DNA from: a virus
Taxonomy: Duplodnaviria; Caudoviricetes
Virus record (IMG/VR): IMGVR_UViG_3300021958_000024
DNA length: 64,000 bases
Reading direction: 5' to 3' (one strand)
The position numbers were made by a program, and so were the translations under genes. Each line of letters opens with the position of its first letter. Position 1 is the first letter of the stretch. The notes beneath the pieces are model-generated. The model saw only the letters and a program-made list of their open reading frames with translations, made no database searches and was not told where the DNA came from. Positions 22,255-32,538 of this stretch are shown here, piece after piece.

Positions 22255-23397
22255 ATGTCTAGTGGAGAAAACTTACAAGAAATGGAAGTAGGCACTGCTC
22301 AATCCAAGACTGCCGTTAATTCTGGTGCTAAATCAGCAGATCCAATGCCTTCCGCAGGAAGCAATGCATCTGGTGTTTCAACTCCAGGTCAAACTGGTAG
22401 TTGGGAAGATTTAGGCGGTCCTACTCCAGAAAACTATAAGTCTGATGACGATTCAGCAAAGTTCAAAGAACCTTCACTTAAAACAGTGAAGGATGTGGTA
22501 AACAGAGGTGCTAAACCTGCTGAACCAATGCAGAAACTTACTGGAGCAGTTAAGGAAGAAGAAGAGATTGAAGATGAAGTAATCTCTGAAGATGATGCAG
22601 TCGAAACCGAAGAGGATCAAGAAGTTGTATCCGAAGAGGAAGTAGAAGAAGTAGATGCTGAAGAAGAGTATGACATCGAAGATGATGTTAATGCTATTCT
22701 CGAAACTGACGAAGTAGAACTCTCCGAAGAGTTTAAAGAAAAAGCAAAACTAGTATTTGAATCTGCACTCAAAGCTAAAGTTGGAGAAATCCAAGAAGCT
22801 CTTGAGATCAGATATGAAGAAAGACTCGCTGAAGAAGTTGCTGAAATCAAAGAAGCACTTCAAGAGCGTGTTGATTCTTATCTAGAGTATGTTGCTGATG
22901 AGTGGGTTTCTGAAAATCAACTCTCAGTAGAGCAAGGTCTGAAAGAAGAACTCTCCGAGTCCTTCATGTCAGGTATACATGATCTTTTTGAAGCACATTA
23001 TGTACACATCCCTGAAGATAAATATGATGTTCTAGATAGCATGACAGAAAAACTTGATGAAATGGAGACAAAACTCAACGAGCAGATTGAGAAGAATGTT
23101 TCCCTAAACAAGCGTCTCGCAGAGTCGGTTGCTGACGGAATCTTCGATGATATTGCAGAGGGTCTAGCACTCTCGCAAAAAGAAAAGCTCGCTTCACTTG
23201 CAGAAAGTGTTGAGTTTGGAAGTGAGACAGAATATCGTGAAAAGTTGGTAGCATTAAAGGAATCATATTTCCCTGCAAAAAATGCTAACCCCAAGGTGGT
23301 TTCCGAGAACCTTAGCGAAGAAGTAGAAACTCCTGAATTTTATTCCAGAGAGATGGATGCTTACCTAGCAATGGTAAACAGAATCGCTAAAAACTGA
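22255..23397 (+). CDS. gp22: Prohead core scaffold protein gp22
   Basis: Very acidic; LSEEFKEKAKLVFESA, VDSYLEYVADEW. Confidence 0.93.
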   Translation: MSSGENLQEMEVGTAQSKTAVNSGAKSADPMPSAGSNASGVSTPGQTGSWEDLGGPTPENYKSDDDSAKFKEPSLKTVKDVVNRGAKPAEPMQKLTGAVKEEEEIEDEVISEDDAVETEEDQEVVSEEEVEEVDAEEEYDIEDDVNAILETDEVELSEEFKEKAKLVFESALKAKVGEIQEALEIRYEERLAEEVAEIKEALQERVDSYLEYVADEWVSENQLSVEQGLKEELSESFMSGIHDLFEAHYVHIPEDKYDVLDSMTEKLDEMETKLNEQIEKNVSLNKRLAESVADGIFDDIAEGLALSQKEKLASLAESVEFGSETEYREKLVALKESYFPAKNANPKVVSENLSEEVETPEFYSREMDAYLAMVNRIAKN

Positions 23398-23438
23398 AAT
23401 CAACATTAAAACAAACACACTTTTAGAGGTAAACGCAA

Positions 23439-24875
23439 ATGTTCCATTCAGAGCATCTGCAGGAAAAGTGGGCACCCCTTCTTAATGCTGGCGATCCTAT
23501 CAGGGATAACCACAGAAGAGCAGTAACCGCAGTCCTGCTAGAGAACCAAGAAAAATTCCTAAGAGAGCAACAAGCTTTCAACCAATCAGGATCATTCCTA
23601 ACTGAATCACCAACCAACTCAGCTGGTACAGGTGGTTATACTGGAGCTTCCGCAGAAGGCGGTCCAGTTGCAGGTTTCGATCCAGTTCTGATCTCCTTGA
23701 TCAGACGCTCCATGCCTAACCTGGTTGCATATGACCTCGCAGGCGTACAACCAATGAGCGGTCCTACTGGACTAATCTTCGCAATGCGTTCACGCTACAC
23801 TGATCAGAACGGTCAGGAAGCACTATTTGACGAAGCAGATACTCGCTTCTCTGGTCAGAACGCTGCAGGCAGCCTTGCACAAACAGGTTATACCAGCCCA
23901 ACAGGCGATGTTGGTATCGGTACTACCGCAGCAGCATCTGGCAACACTAACCCTGGTCTTCTAAACGCTTCTGGCGAATATAACGTTTCTGGTGGCATGA
24001 ACACTGGAGATGCAGAAGGTCTAGGTTATGGTGATAACTCTGGTTTCAACGAGATGGCCTTCTCAATCGAGAAGATCACCGTTGCTGCAAAATCCAGAGC
24101 ACTCAAAGCTGAGTATTCACTAGAACTCGCTCAAGACCTTAAGGCAATCCACGGTCTAAACGCTGAAGCAGAACTTGCTAATATCCTTTCTAGCGAGATC
24201 CTTGCTGAAATCAACCGTGAGGTTATCCGTAGCATCTATATCACTGCAGAAGCTGGTGCTCAGCAGAACGTTGCTACCGCAGGTGCATTTGACCTAGACG
24301 TTGACTCCAACGGTCGCTGGTCAGTTGAGAAGTTCAAAGGTCTACTCTTCCAAATCGAGCGCGATGCAAACCAGATCGCAACCAGAACTCGTCGTGGAAA
24401 GGGCAACATCATCCTCTGCTCTGCAGACGTTGCTTCAGCTCTAACCATGGCAGGTGTACTCGATTACACCCCTGCACTCAATGCAAACCTAAGCGTAGAT
24501 GAGACTGGCAATACATTTGCTGGAACTCTAATGGGCAAGTATCGCGTATACATTGACCCATATGCTGCAAACCTAACCAACCGTGCTGGCGGCGCTGGTA
24601 ACGTTGGTGGTAACCAGTACTACGTTGTTGGTTATAAGGGTTCTTCACCTTATGACGCAGGTCTCTTCTATTGCCCATATGTACCTCTCCAGATGGTACG
24701 TGCAGTTGGCGAGAACAGCTTCCAGCCTAAGATCGGCTTCAAGACCCGTTACGGTCTAGTTGCTAACCCATTCGCTGAAGGTGGACTTGCTTCAGGCGCA
24801 TCAACAACCCTTGGTCGCCTTGCAGCAGATACCAACCGCTACTACAGAAGAGTTCTTGTTAAGAACCTCATGTGA
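23439..24875 (+). CDS. gp23: Major capsid protein gp23
   Basis: VQPMSGPTGLIFAMR, KSRALKAEYSLELAQDLKAIHGL, FQPKIGFKTRYG; processing site FLTE/SP. Confidence 0.98.
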   Translation: MFHSEHLQEKWAPLLNAGDPIRDNHRRAVTAVLLENQEKFLREQQAFNQSGSFLTESPTNSAGTGGYTGASAEGGPVAGFDPVLISLIRRSMPNLVAYDLAGVQPMSGPTGLIFAMRSRYTDQNGQEALFDEADTRFSGQNAAGSLAQTGYTSPTGDVGIGTTAAASGNTNPGLLNASGEYNVSGGMNTGDAEGLGYGDNSGFNEMAFSIEKITVAAKSRALKAEYSLELAQDLKAIHGLNAEAELANILSSEILAEINREVIRSIYITAEAGAQQNVATAGAFDLDVDSNGRWSVEKFKGLLFQIERDANQIATRTRRGKGNIILCSADVASALTMAGVLDYTPALNANLSVDETGNTFAGTLMGKYRVYIDPYAANLTNRAGGAGNVGGNQYYVVGYKGSSPYDAGLFYCPYVPLQMVRAVGENSFQPKIGFKTRYGLVANPFAEGGLASGASTTLGRLAADTNRYYRRVLVKNLM

Positions 24876-24898
24876 TCTAAGTTCACATATAACTTCAG

Positions 24899-24924
24899 AG
24901 GGTGCCGAAAGGCACCCTTTTTTT
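24899..24924 (+). terminator. Rho-independent terminator after gp23
   Basis: AGGGTGCC-GAAA-GGCACCCT followed by a T run. Confidence 0.9.
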
Positions 24925-24951
24925 ATCTAAATAAATAAAAAGGTTATAGAG

Positions 24952-25539
24952 ATGCCCGAAAGTTACAAAAAGTTTGAATATGAAACTGTAGATAATAGAA
25001 ACTTTTTATCTGCGGTAAAGTTTAGGTTTATATTAAACAGGGCACCGAAAGTTTCTTTTCTTTCAAACTCAGTCAATATTCCTGGCATGACATTGGGAAT
25101 TGCTGAACAACCAACATATCTGAATGATGTTCCTCACCCTGGGGATAAGATTCAGTTTGAAGATTTTAATCTAAAGTTTTTAGTTGATGAAGATTTGACA
25201 AACTACTTAGAAATCCAACATTGGATGAGAGGACTTGGATTTCCAGAAAACTTAAAAGAGATATACGATCTTCAAGATGCTGATGATAACTATATCAGTA
25301 TGAGATGGGGAGCAGCAATGAATGTATATTCAGATGGCACATTATTAGTGAAGACAAGTAATGAACGTAATAACTATAATGTAGTATTTAAAGGAATGTT
25401 TCCTTATCGGTTATCAGAACTAAACTTTGACGCTACAAATACTGATGAAGAATACTTCACAGCAGATGTCAGTTTTAAATATATGATGTATAATATTACA
25501 GACTCACAAGGAGAAATCTTAAGACCTAGATATGATTAG
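24952..25539 (+). CDS. gp3: Tail completion protein gp3
   Basis: NRNFLS..FRF, NIPG, FLVDEDLTNYLEI; synteny. Confidence 0.85.
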   Translation: MPESYKKFEYETVDNRNFLSAVKFRFILNRAPKVSFLSNSVNIPGMTLGIAEQPTYLNDVPHPGDKIQFEDFNLKFLVDEDLTNYLEIQHWMRGLGFPENLKEIYDLQDADDNYISMRWGAAMNVYSDGTLLVKTSNERNNYNVVFKGMFPYRLSELNFDATNTDEEYFTADVSFKYMMYNITDSQGEILRPRYD

Positions 25540-25966
25540 TCTCGAAACCCTTCAAGAAATGTGGGAAAAAGATTCTAAAATAGATATTGATAATCTACAC
25601 CACGAATCTTTGAAAATTCCATCTTTACATGCAAAATATTTTGATCTTTATAATAATCTAGTTTTACTTAGAAAACAAGCAGAGCAGCAGAAAAAAAATA
25701 TAAGACATGATAGATATCAATATTATTCTGGAAGAGCAGATCCAGAGGTATATGTCGAAAATCCTTTTCCGAAAAAGGTTAGAGACAAAAGTGATATGGA
25801 ACGATATCTAGATGCTGATGAAAAGTTATCTAAGATTATTTTAAAAATAGATTACTATGAGGTAATGCTTAAGTACATTGAGGATATTTTGAAGCAGATT
25901 CATAATAGATCCTATCAAATCAAAAACTCAATTGATTACATGGCGTTTCAATCGGGGTTAGGATAA
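25532..25966 (+). CDS. uvsY: Recombination mediator UvsY
   Basis: KIPSLHAKY, YYSG, RSYQIKNSID. Confidence 0.9.
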   Translation: MISLETLQEMWEKDSKIDIDNLHHESLKIPSLHAKYFDLYNNLVLLRKQAEQQKKNIRHDRYQYYSGRADPEVYVENPFPKKVRDKSDMERYLDADEKLSKIILKIDYYEVMLKYIEDILKQIHNRSYQIKNSIDYMAFQSGLG

Positions 25967-26005
25967 GCAGATAAATAGATATAACAAAGATGATTTTTTT
26001 GTTAT

Positions 26006-27469
26006 ATGTGCGACGTAAAAATTCATAAAAAGAATGAGGTTTACATTAAGTTAGAATGTGAACCTCATATTTTGTATGAACTATCAGAATATTTTACATT
26101 TGAAGTTCCTGGTGCAAAGTTTAGTCCTCAAATGAGGAGTAAGCACTGGGACGGAATGATTCGTCTTCTCTCAGTTCATACGGGAGAATTATATGTTGGT
26201 CTTTTAGATAAACTTATTTCAAAACTGAATATACATGATTATACTTACGAGTTTGTAGAAAACAAATATTATGGTCTTCCATTTGAGTATAATGAAGAGA
26301 TCTCAATGGAAGGCGTAAAAGATTACATGACATCTATTTGCTCTTTTTCTCCAAGGAGTTATCAAGTTGAGGGAGTATATAGTGCATTAAGGTATAATCG
26401 AAAACTATTGATAAGCCCCACTGCCAGCGGCAAATCGTTGATGATTTATTCTGCTGTAAGATATTATGTGGATAAAGGTAAAAAAATCCTTTTAGTTGTT
26501 CCAACGACATCTCTTGTAGAACAGATGTACAAGGATTTCCAGGAGTATGGTTGGGATGCTGAGTCATATTGTCACAAGATTTATGGTGGAAAGGAGAAAT
26601 CAAATCAAGCACCAGTTACTATAACAACTTGGCAATCTATTTACAAGCTAGATAGAAAGTTTTTTGATGAGTATGAGGTAGTGATTGGAGATGAAGCGCA
26701 CTTATTTAAAAGTAAGTCTCTAGTTAGTATCATGAGTAAATTACACTCATGCAAGTATAGATTTGGGTTCACTGGTACTTTAGACGGATCACAGACGCAT
26801 AAATGGGTGTTAGAGGGTCTTTTTGGACCTTCATACAAAGTGACCAGAACTAAAGAACTTATGGATAAAGGTCATCTTTCAAAGTTAAATATTATTTGTT
26901 TAAACTTGAAGCATAACCCCCAAAAGTTTAATACATTTGAAGATGAAGTACAGTTTATTATAGGTAATGAAAAAAGAAACAAGTTTATTAGAAATCTAGT
27001 ATTAAGTATTAATGGAAATACCCTTGTACTGTTTTCACGAATAGAAGGTCATGGAGTGCCACTGTTTAATTTAATAAATAGTTCTACCGAAGAGGACAGA
27101 AAAGTATTTTTTGTTCATGGAGGTGTTGATACTGCTGAAAGAGAAAAGGTCAGAGAAATAACGGAAAGAGAAAGTAATGCAATTATTATTGCATCTTATG
27201 GAGTATTTTCTACTGGCATTAACATAAAAAATCTGCATAATGTTGTCTTTGCTTCACCGAGTAAGTCTAGGATTAGGAACCTACAATCAATCGGAAGAGT
27301 GTTAAGAAAAGGCAATAATAAATCAAAAGCAGTTTTATATGATATTGCTGATGATTGTACATATAACTCACAAAAAAACTATACATTAAATCACTTCATT
27401 GAAAGAATAAAAATATATAACGAAGAAAACTTTAACTATGAAATAATCCCAGTTAACTTATCTCTATGA
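26006..27469 (+). CDS. uvsW: SF2 helicase UvsW
   Basis: SPTASGKS, GDEAH, QSIGRVLR. Confidence 0.95.
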   Translation: MCDVKIHKKNEVYIKLECEPHILYELSEYFTFEVPGAKFSPQMRSKHWDGMIRLLSVHTGELYVGLLDKLISKLNIHDYTYEFVENKYYGLPFEYNEEISMEGVKDYMTSICSFSPRSYQVEGVYSALRYNRKLLISPTASGKSLMIYSAVRYYVDKGKKILLVVPTTSLVEQMYKDFQEYGWDAESYCHKIYGGKEKSNQAPVTITTWQSIYKLDRKFFDEYEVVIGDEAHLFKSKSLVSIMSKLHSCKYRFGFTGTLDGSQTHKWVLEGLFGPSYKVTRTKELMDKGHLSKLNIICLNLKHNPQKFNTFEDEVQFIIGNEKRNKFIRNLVLSINGNTLVLFSRIEGHGVPLFNLINSSTEEDRKVFFVHGGVDTAEREKVREITERESNAIIIASYGVFSTGINIKNLHNVVFASPSKSRIRNLQSIGRVLRKGNNKSKAVLYDIADDCTYNSQKNYTLNHFIERIKIYNEENFNYEIIPVNLSL

Positions 27470-27861
27470 TGGAAGAAGACTTTTACGCATCAATAAAATT
27501 TAAAAGTGGTGAAGAAGTATTTGCTAAAGTACTATCTACAGATGAAGGTGGAGAAAAACTATTAGTTGTAACTAACCCTGTTATTATTAAAGAAATAAGA
27601 ACAAGACAAGGTTATGGATATAAAATAGAACCTTGGTTAAAGACTACTGATGATGATATGTTCATTGTTAATCTAGATGATGTATTAACCATTAGTGAAT
27701 CTACTAATAGTGAAATCATTAAAATGCATACTTCATTTACTAGAAGATATGACAATGTAAAGAGATTTAATAATACAACTGGTATAACTAGAGAAATGGG
27801 ATATCTCTCTAGTGTATCTAGATTTAAAAAAGTATTAGAGAATATCTATAATAATAGCTAA
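27466..27861 (+). CDS. Conserved hypothetical protein (Sm-like fold)
   Basis: IKFKSGEEVFA...PW motif; syntenic before gp55. Confidence 0.7.
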   Translation: MMEEDFYASIKFKSGEEVFAKVLSTDEGGEKLLVVTNPVIIKEIRTRQGYGYKIEPWLKTTDDDMFIVNLDDVLTISESTNSEIIKMHTSFTRRYDNVKRFNNTTGITREMGYLSSVSRFKKVLENIYNNS

Positions 27862-27890
27862 AGCTAATCTCAATCAACCCTGTCAAAGGT

Positions 27891-27920
27891 ATTATACCAA
27901 GAATCGATAGGTAATGTCAA
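27891..27920 (-). promoter_or_regulatory. Consensus sigma70-type promoter on the minus strand (antisense)
   Basis: Reverse complement reads TTGACA-N18-TATAAT with an extended TG. Confidence 0.7.
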
Positions 27921-27923
27921 GCT

Positions 27924-27951
27924 TTGATTATCTTGCTTTATGTGCTATAAT
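27924..27951 (+). promoter_or_regulatory. Early (host sigma70-type) promoter for gp55
   Basis: TTGATT-N16-TATAAT with TGn extended -10. Confidence 0.7.
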
Positions 27952-27965
27952 GTCTACATATTAGT

Positions 27966-28520
27966 ATGTTAAATATGGCAATGACTTTTACCACAATGAC
28001 AAAAAGAAAAAGATCAGAACATTATGTGAATAACAAAGAGTTTTTATCTGCTCTTATTGATTATCAAGCTGCTGTAGAAAGGTCTTATATTGAAGAGTTC
28101 GGAGAAGTTCTGACAAAAGATAAAAAAGGACAAAAGTGGAGCACTAAACCTGTTATCCCAAAATATATTGGAGCGTGCTTTTTAAAGATTGCTACTCATC
28201 TATCATATAAAACTAATTTCATCAACTATATTTTTATTGATGATATGGTGTCTGATGGGATTGAAAACTGTGTGCAATATATCCACAACTTTAATCCAGA
28301 TAAATCTAAAAATCCTTTTGCTTATTTTACTCAAATCATTCATTACGCTTTTCTGAGAAGGATTCAAAAAGAAAAAAGACAGTTGGATATTAAAAGTAAG
28401 ATTCTTGAAAAAACTGGATTTGATGAAGTCTTTTGGAATGACAATAACACTATTGACAGTTCCAACTACTCGGACTACAATAGCATCAAGGAAAGTGTTC
28501 ACATGAAAACCCGTTACTAA
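27966..28520 (+). CDS. gp55: Late-transcription sigma factor gp55
   Basis: HYVNNKEF, NPFAYFTQIIHYAFLRRIQKEK; true start may be a few codons downstream. Confidence 0.95.
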   Translation: MLNMAMTFTTMTKRKRSEHYVNNKEFLSALIDYQAAVERSYIEEFGEVLTKDKKGQKWSTKPVIPKYIGACFLKIATHLSYKTNFINYIFIDDMVSDGIENCVQYIHNFNPDKSKNPFAYFTQIIHYAFLRRIQKEKRQLDIKSKILEKTGFDEVFWNDNNTIDSSNYSDYNSIKESVHMKTRY

Positions 28521-29570
28521 ATGAAAGTCGCTATTATCACAGATACTCATTACGGTGCCCGTAAAGGGTCTAAAGTTTATCATGATTATTTTGAACTATT
28601 TTATAAAAACGTATTTTTTCCGACACTAGAAGAATATAATATTGATACTGTCATCCATATGGGTGATGTCTTTGATAGTAGAAAGTCTATTGATTATACA
28701 TCTTTAGAATGGGCAAAACGAGTTGTTTTTGAACCTTTATCAAAGTATAAAGTTCACATGATTATTGGAAATCATGATACTTATTATAAAAACACAAATA
28801 GAGTTAACTCTCCAAATTTACTATTAAAGTCATATTCAAATATTAAAACATATTCTGATCCGACAGAAGTAAAAATTGGTGGACTAAATATTTTACTTTT
28901 ACCTTGGATCAATGAAGACAATCAAGAACTTTGCCATAAACTCATTAAAAATACAACTAGCAACTGTGCGATGGGGCACCTTGAGCTTAACGGATTTAGA
29001 GTTAATTCGCAAATCGTCATGGACCATGGTCATGAGAGCAAACTATATTCAAAGTTCACCAAGGTCTTCAGCGGTCACTTTCACACTAGATCGGATGATG
29101 GACGAATCTTCTACTTGGGAAACCCATACGAAATGTTCTGGTCAGATGTTGGTGATAGGAGAGGATTCACCATCTTTGATACAGAAACTCTTGAGCATTT
29201 TCCAGTAGATAATCCTTATAGTCTATATCATATTGTTGAGTATGATGATTTGACTATGGATTCTTTTAAACTAAATCATTTTGATGTTAGTAAATATGAA
29301 GACAAAATTGTAAAGGTCATTGTCAAAAACAAAACAAAACCTAAAGTGTTTAATAAGTTTTTAGACAAAATATATCTTGCAAATCCATATGAGGTTAAAA
29401 TAACCGAAATCCTTCAAGAAAGTAGTATTGAAAATGAAGAAGATATTGACATTGAAAATACAATGACAATACTTTCAAAATATATTGAAAATGCTGATGT
29501 TGACCTAAATAAAAGTAAGGTTCAAAATCTTGTACGAAAGATTTATAAACAAGCGTGTGACATTGGCTAG
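28521..29570 (+). CDS. gp47: Recombination endonuclease subunit gp47 (Mre11/SbcD-like)
   Basis: ITDTHYG, GDVFD, GNHD, SGHFH. Confidence 0.95.
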   Translation: MKVAIITDTHYGARKGSKVYHDYFELFYKNVFFPTLEEYNIDTVIHMGDVFDSRKSIDYTSLEWAKRVVFEPLSKYKVHMIIGNHDTYYKNTNRVNSPNLLLKSYSNIKTYSDPTEVKIGGLNILLLPWINEDNQELCHKLIKNTTSNCAMGHLELNGFRVNSQIVMDHGHESKLYSKFTKVFSGHFHTRSDDGRIFYLGNPYEMFWSDVGDRRGFTIFDTETLEHFPVDNPYSLYHIVEYDDLTMDSFKLNHFDVSKYEDKIVKVIVKNKTKPKVFNKFLDKIYLANPYEVKITEILQESSIENEEDIDIENTMTILSKYIENADVDLNKSKVQNLVRKIYKQACDIG

Positions 29571-29575
29571 AAGGT

Positions 29576-29830
29576 ATGTTTATAATCACTATTGCTGGGA
29601 AAGAAGATGAAGGAGCTTATTCAGTCAAAGATGAGTTTGATGAAAAAGTTCTTTACATCTTTGAAGAAGAAGATGATGCAACTAGATTTGCTATGATGCT
29701 TGAGGATCAAGGTACTCCTGAAATGCACGTTATGGAAGTCGAGGCAGATGCTTTAACCCAAGCATGTCAAATGCATGATCATAAATATCAAATATTTACA
29801 GTAGACGATTTTGTAATCCCACCAGAATAA
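29576..29830 (+). CDS. Conserved hypothetical protein (DUF3110-like)
   Basis: EGAYSV, FEEEDDATRFAMMLE. Confidence 0.65.
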   Translation: MFIITIAGKEDEGAYSVKDEFDEKVLYIFEEEDDATRFAMMLEDQGTPEMHVMEVEADALTQACQMHDHKYQIFTVDDFVIPPE

Positions 29831-29833
29831 AAC

Positions 29834-31543
29834 ATGATTCTCTTTGAAAAAATTCGTTATAAAAACTTTCTTTCTACAGGAAATGGTTTTACTGAACTAG
29901 ATTTGAATGATTCAAATACTACACTGATTGTAGGAACAAATGGATCAGGAAAAAGTACCTTTCTTGATGCTTTAACTTTTGGATTGTTTGGAAAATCTTT
30001 TAGGGGTATTAATAAACCTCAACTAATAAACTCTACAAATGAAAAAGATTGTCTAGTTGAGATTGAGTTTACTATTGGAAGTGTTAAGTGGAAAGTTCGT
30101 AGAGGTATAAAACCTGCAATATTTGAAATCCATAAAAATGATCAACCCCTAGATCAAGATGCTTCATCCATTGAGCAGCAAAAGTGGTTTGAACAAACAG
30201 TTTTAAAAATGAACTACCGTTCATTTACACAGATTGTTATTTTAGGAAGTAGCAACTTTGTTCCTTTTATGCAACTTACTGCAGCTAGTAGGAGAGAAGT
30301 TATTGAAGATTTATTAGACATTAAAATATTTTCTTTGATGAGTTTGGTTATAAAAGAAGATATTAAAATGCTTAAAAGCAATCTTAATAATCTGACTCTA
30401 AAACGAGAATCTTTGCATGAAAAAATATCTATGCAGAATGGATTTCTTGAAGATATTGAAAAACGGGGCAAAGAGTTTATTGCAGAAAAATCAAATAAGG
30501 TTAACGAACTTATTAAAGAAGAAAATGAAGTTGAAAATGCCACTGAAGAGTTACTTCTTAAACTTGAAAAGATGGATGATGAACTTCAACAGTTTTCTAA
30601 CGCTAGAGAAAAACTTCGTAAGTTGGGTAATCTGAAGGGAAAAATCACTCAAAAAATATCAACGATTACAAAAGAGTATAAGTTTTTCAATGACAATACA
30701 GTATGCCCTACCTGCACTCAAAGTATTGAAGAAACTTTTCGGTTAAATAGAATAGGTGATGCCAAACAAAAGGCAAAAGAACTCAAATCTGGTTTTGAAG
30801 AACTTGAGAGGACTATTCGTGGTGAGGAAATGCGAGAACAAAAGTTCAATGACATTTCTTCTGAAGTAACTAGCGTAACACATGGTATTTCTACAAACAA
30901 TACTCGGGTTTCATCAATACATCGAGAGATCCAAAGTCTACAACATGAAATTCAAAAAACTTCCGAGAATATTCAAAACCAAAATATTGAACATGATAAG
31001 CTAGAAGAGTTTCAGAAAAAGTTAGATTCTTGTTTAGATGAGATTGAAACCACCCAAGAAGAAATAACAAATCATGATTTTGTTTATGGATTATTAAAAG
31101 ACTCTGGCGTTAAATCTAAAATCATTAAAAAATATATTCCTATCATTAATCAGCAGATTAATCGATATCTGCAGTTGATGGATTTTTATATTAACTTTAA
31201 ACTTGATGAAGAGTTTAAAGAATCGGTTGAGTCACCTATTCATGAAGATTTTTCCTATCAGTCTTTTAGTGAGGGTGAAAAGCAAAGGATTGATCTCGCT
31301 CTATTGTTTACATGGAGAGAGATTGCTAAGATTAAAAACTCAGCAAATACAAACTTGCTGATAATGGATGAAATCTTTGATAGTTCTCTTGATGGGTATG
31401 GCACAGAAGATTTCTTGAAAATCGTTCGGTATATTATTAAAGACAGTAATATCTTTGTAATATCTCACAAGAATGGACTTGAAGATAAGTTTGAACGTGT
31501 GTTAAAGTTTGAAAAAGTAAAAGGATTCAGTAGAAAAGTATGA
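29834..31543 (+). CDS. gp46: Recombination ATPase subunit gp46 (Rad50/SbcC-like)
   Basis: GTNGSGKS, CPTC zinc hook, FSEGEK, MDEIFDSSLD. Confidence 0.96.
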   Translation: MILFEKIRYKNFLSTGNGFTELDLNDSNTTLIVGTNGSGKSTFLDALTFGLFGKSFRGINKPQLINSTNEKDCLVEIEFTIGSVKWKVRRGIKPAIFEIHKNDQPLDQDASSIEQQKWFEQTVLKMNYRSFTQIVILGSSNFVPFMQLTAASRREVIEDLLDIKIFSLMSLVIKEDIKMLKSNLNNLTLKRESLHEKISMQNGFLEDIEKRGKEFIAEKSNKVNELIKEENEVENATEELLLKLEKMDDELQQFSNAREKLRKLGNLKGKITQKISTITKEYKFFNDNTVCPTCTQSIEETFRLNRIGDAKQKAKELKSGFEELERTIRGEEMREQKFNDISSEVTSVTHGISTNNTRVSSIHREIQSLQHEIQKTSENIQNQNIEHDKLEEFQKKLDSCLDEIETTQEEITNHDFVYGLLKDSGVKSKIIKKYIPIINQQINRYLQLMDFYINFKLDEEFKESVESPIHEDFSYQSFSEGEKQRIDLALLFTWREIAKIKNSANTNLLIMDEIFDSSLDGYGTEDFLKIVRYIIKDSNIFVISHKNGLEDKFERVLKFEKVKGFSRKV

Positions 31544-32538
31544 CAAAAAGTTTAGTTACTGGTGGATCTGGATTTATTGGATCAAATCTAGTAGACAGAC
31601 TCCTAGAGATTGGGCATGAAGTTGTAGTAATCGACAATGAGTATTCTGACGCTCATGAGCAGTTTTACTGGAACGATGATGCTGAAAACTATAAATATGA
31701 TATTCGTGACTATGAAAATACACGTCCATTGTATGATGGAGTTGATTACGTTTTTCATATCGCGGCAGAAGCAAGGATTCAACCAGCAGTAGAAAATCCA
31801 ATCCAAGCAGTGGATATTAACTGCGTTGGTACAGCAACAGTTTTACAATGTTCTAGGGAAGCTGGTGTTAAGAAAGTAATCTATTCTTCAACATCATCTG
31901 CATATGGAATGAATCAGATTCCAAACAAAGAAACTCAACCTGATGATTGCTTAAATCCATATTCTGTATCCAAAGTTGCAGGAGAAAAACTTTGCAAAAT
32001 GTATACAGATTTGTTTGGTCTTAAAACGATTATCTTTAGATACTTTAATGTGTATGGTGAGAGGCAACCTATCAAAGGACAATATGCTCCTGTTATTGGA
32101 ATCTTTCTAAGACAAAATGCTGCAGGAGAAAATCTAACTGTTGTTGGTGATGGCACTCAGCGCAGAGATTTTACTCATGTAAAAGATGTTGTTAGTGCTA
32201 ATGTTCTTGCTGCAACGACTGATCATTCTGCAGTAGAGTACGGAGCAGTGTATAACGTGGGAAATGGAAAGAACTATTCTATTAATGAGATTGCAAAAAT
32301 GATTTCATGGAAGATTACACATATTCCTCCTAGACCAGGTGAGGCAAAAGAAACACTTGCTGACAACGATAAACTCAGGTTGACATTTGCGTGGAAACCT
32401 ACTATAAATATGGTTGATTGGATTAGGCGAGCAATCGATGAAAGTCCCAAACTGGCAACACCACTCCAAGAAGGAACAGAAGCGGAAGTTGAAACCACAA
32501 GCACTGAGGGCGAGGAAGGAAGCACTCAGACAGTTTAA
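31540..32538 (+). CDS. NAD-dependent nucleotide-sugar epimerase/dehydratase (extended SDR)
   Basis: TGGSGFIGS, YSVSK (YxxxK), RYFNVYG, GDGTQRRDF. Confidence 0.92.
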   Translation: MTKSLVTGGSGFIGSNLVDRLLEIGHEVVVIDNEYSDAHEQFYWNDDAENYKYDIRDYENTRPLYDGVDYVFHIAAEARIQPAVENPIQAVDINCVGTATVLQCSREAGVKKVIYSSTSSAYGMNQIPNKETQPDDCLNPYSVSKVAGEKLCKMYTDLFGLKTIIFRYFNVYGERQPIKGQYAPVIGIFLRQNAAGENLTVVGDGTQRRDFTHVKDVVSANVLAATTDHSAVEYGAVYNVGNGKNYSINEIAKMISWKITHIPPRPGEAKETLADNDKLRLTFAWKPTINMVDWIRRAIDESPKLATPLQEGTEAEVETTSTEGEEGSTQTV

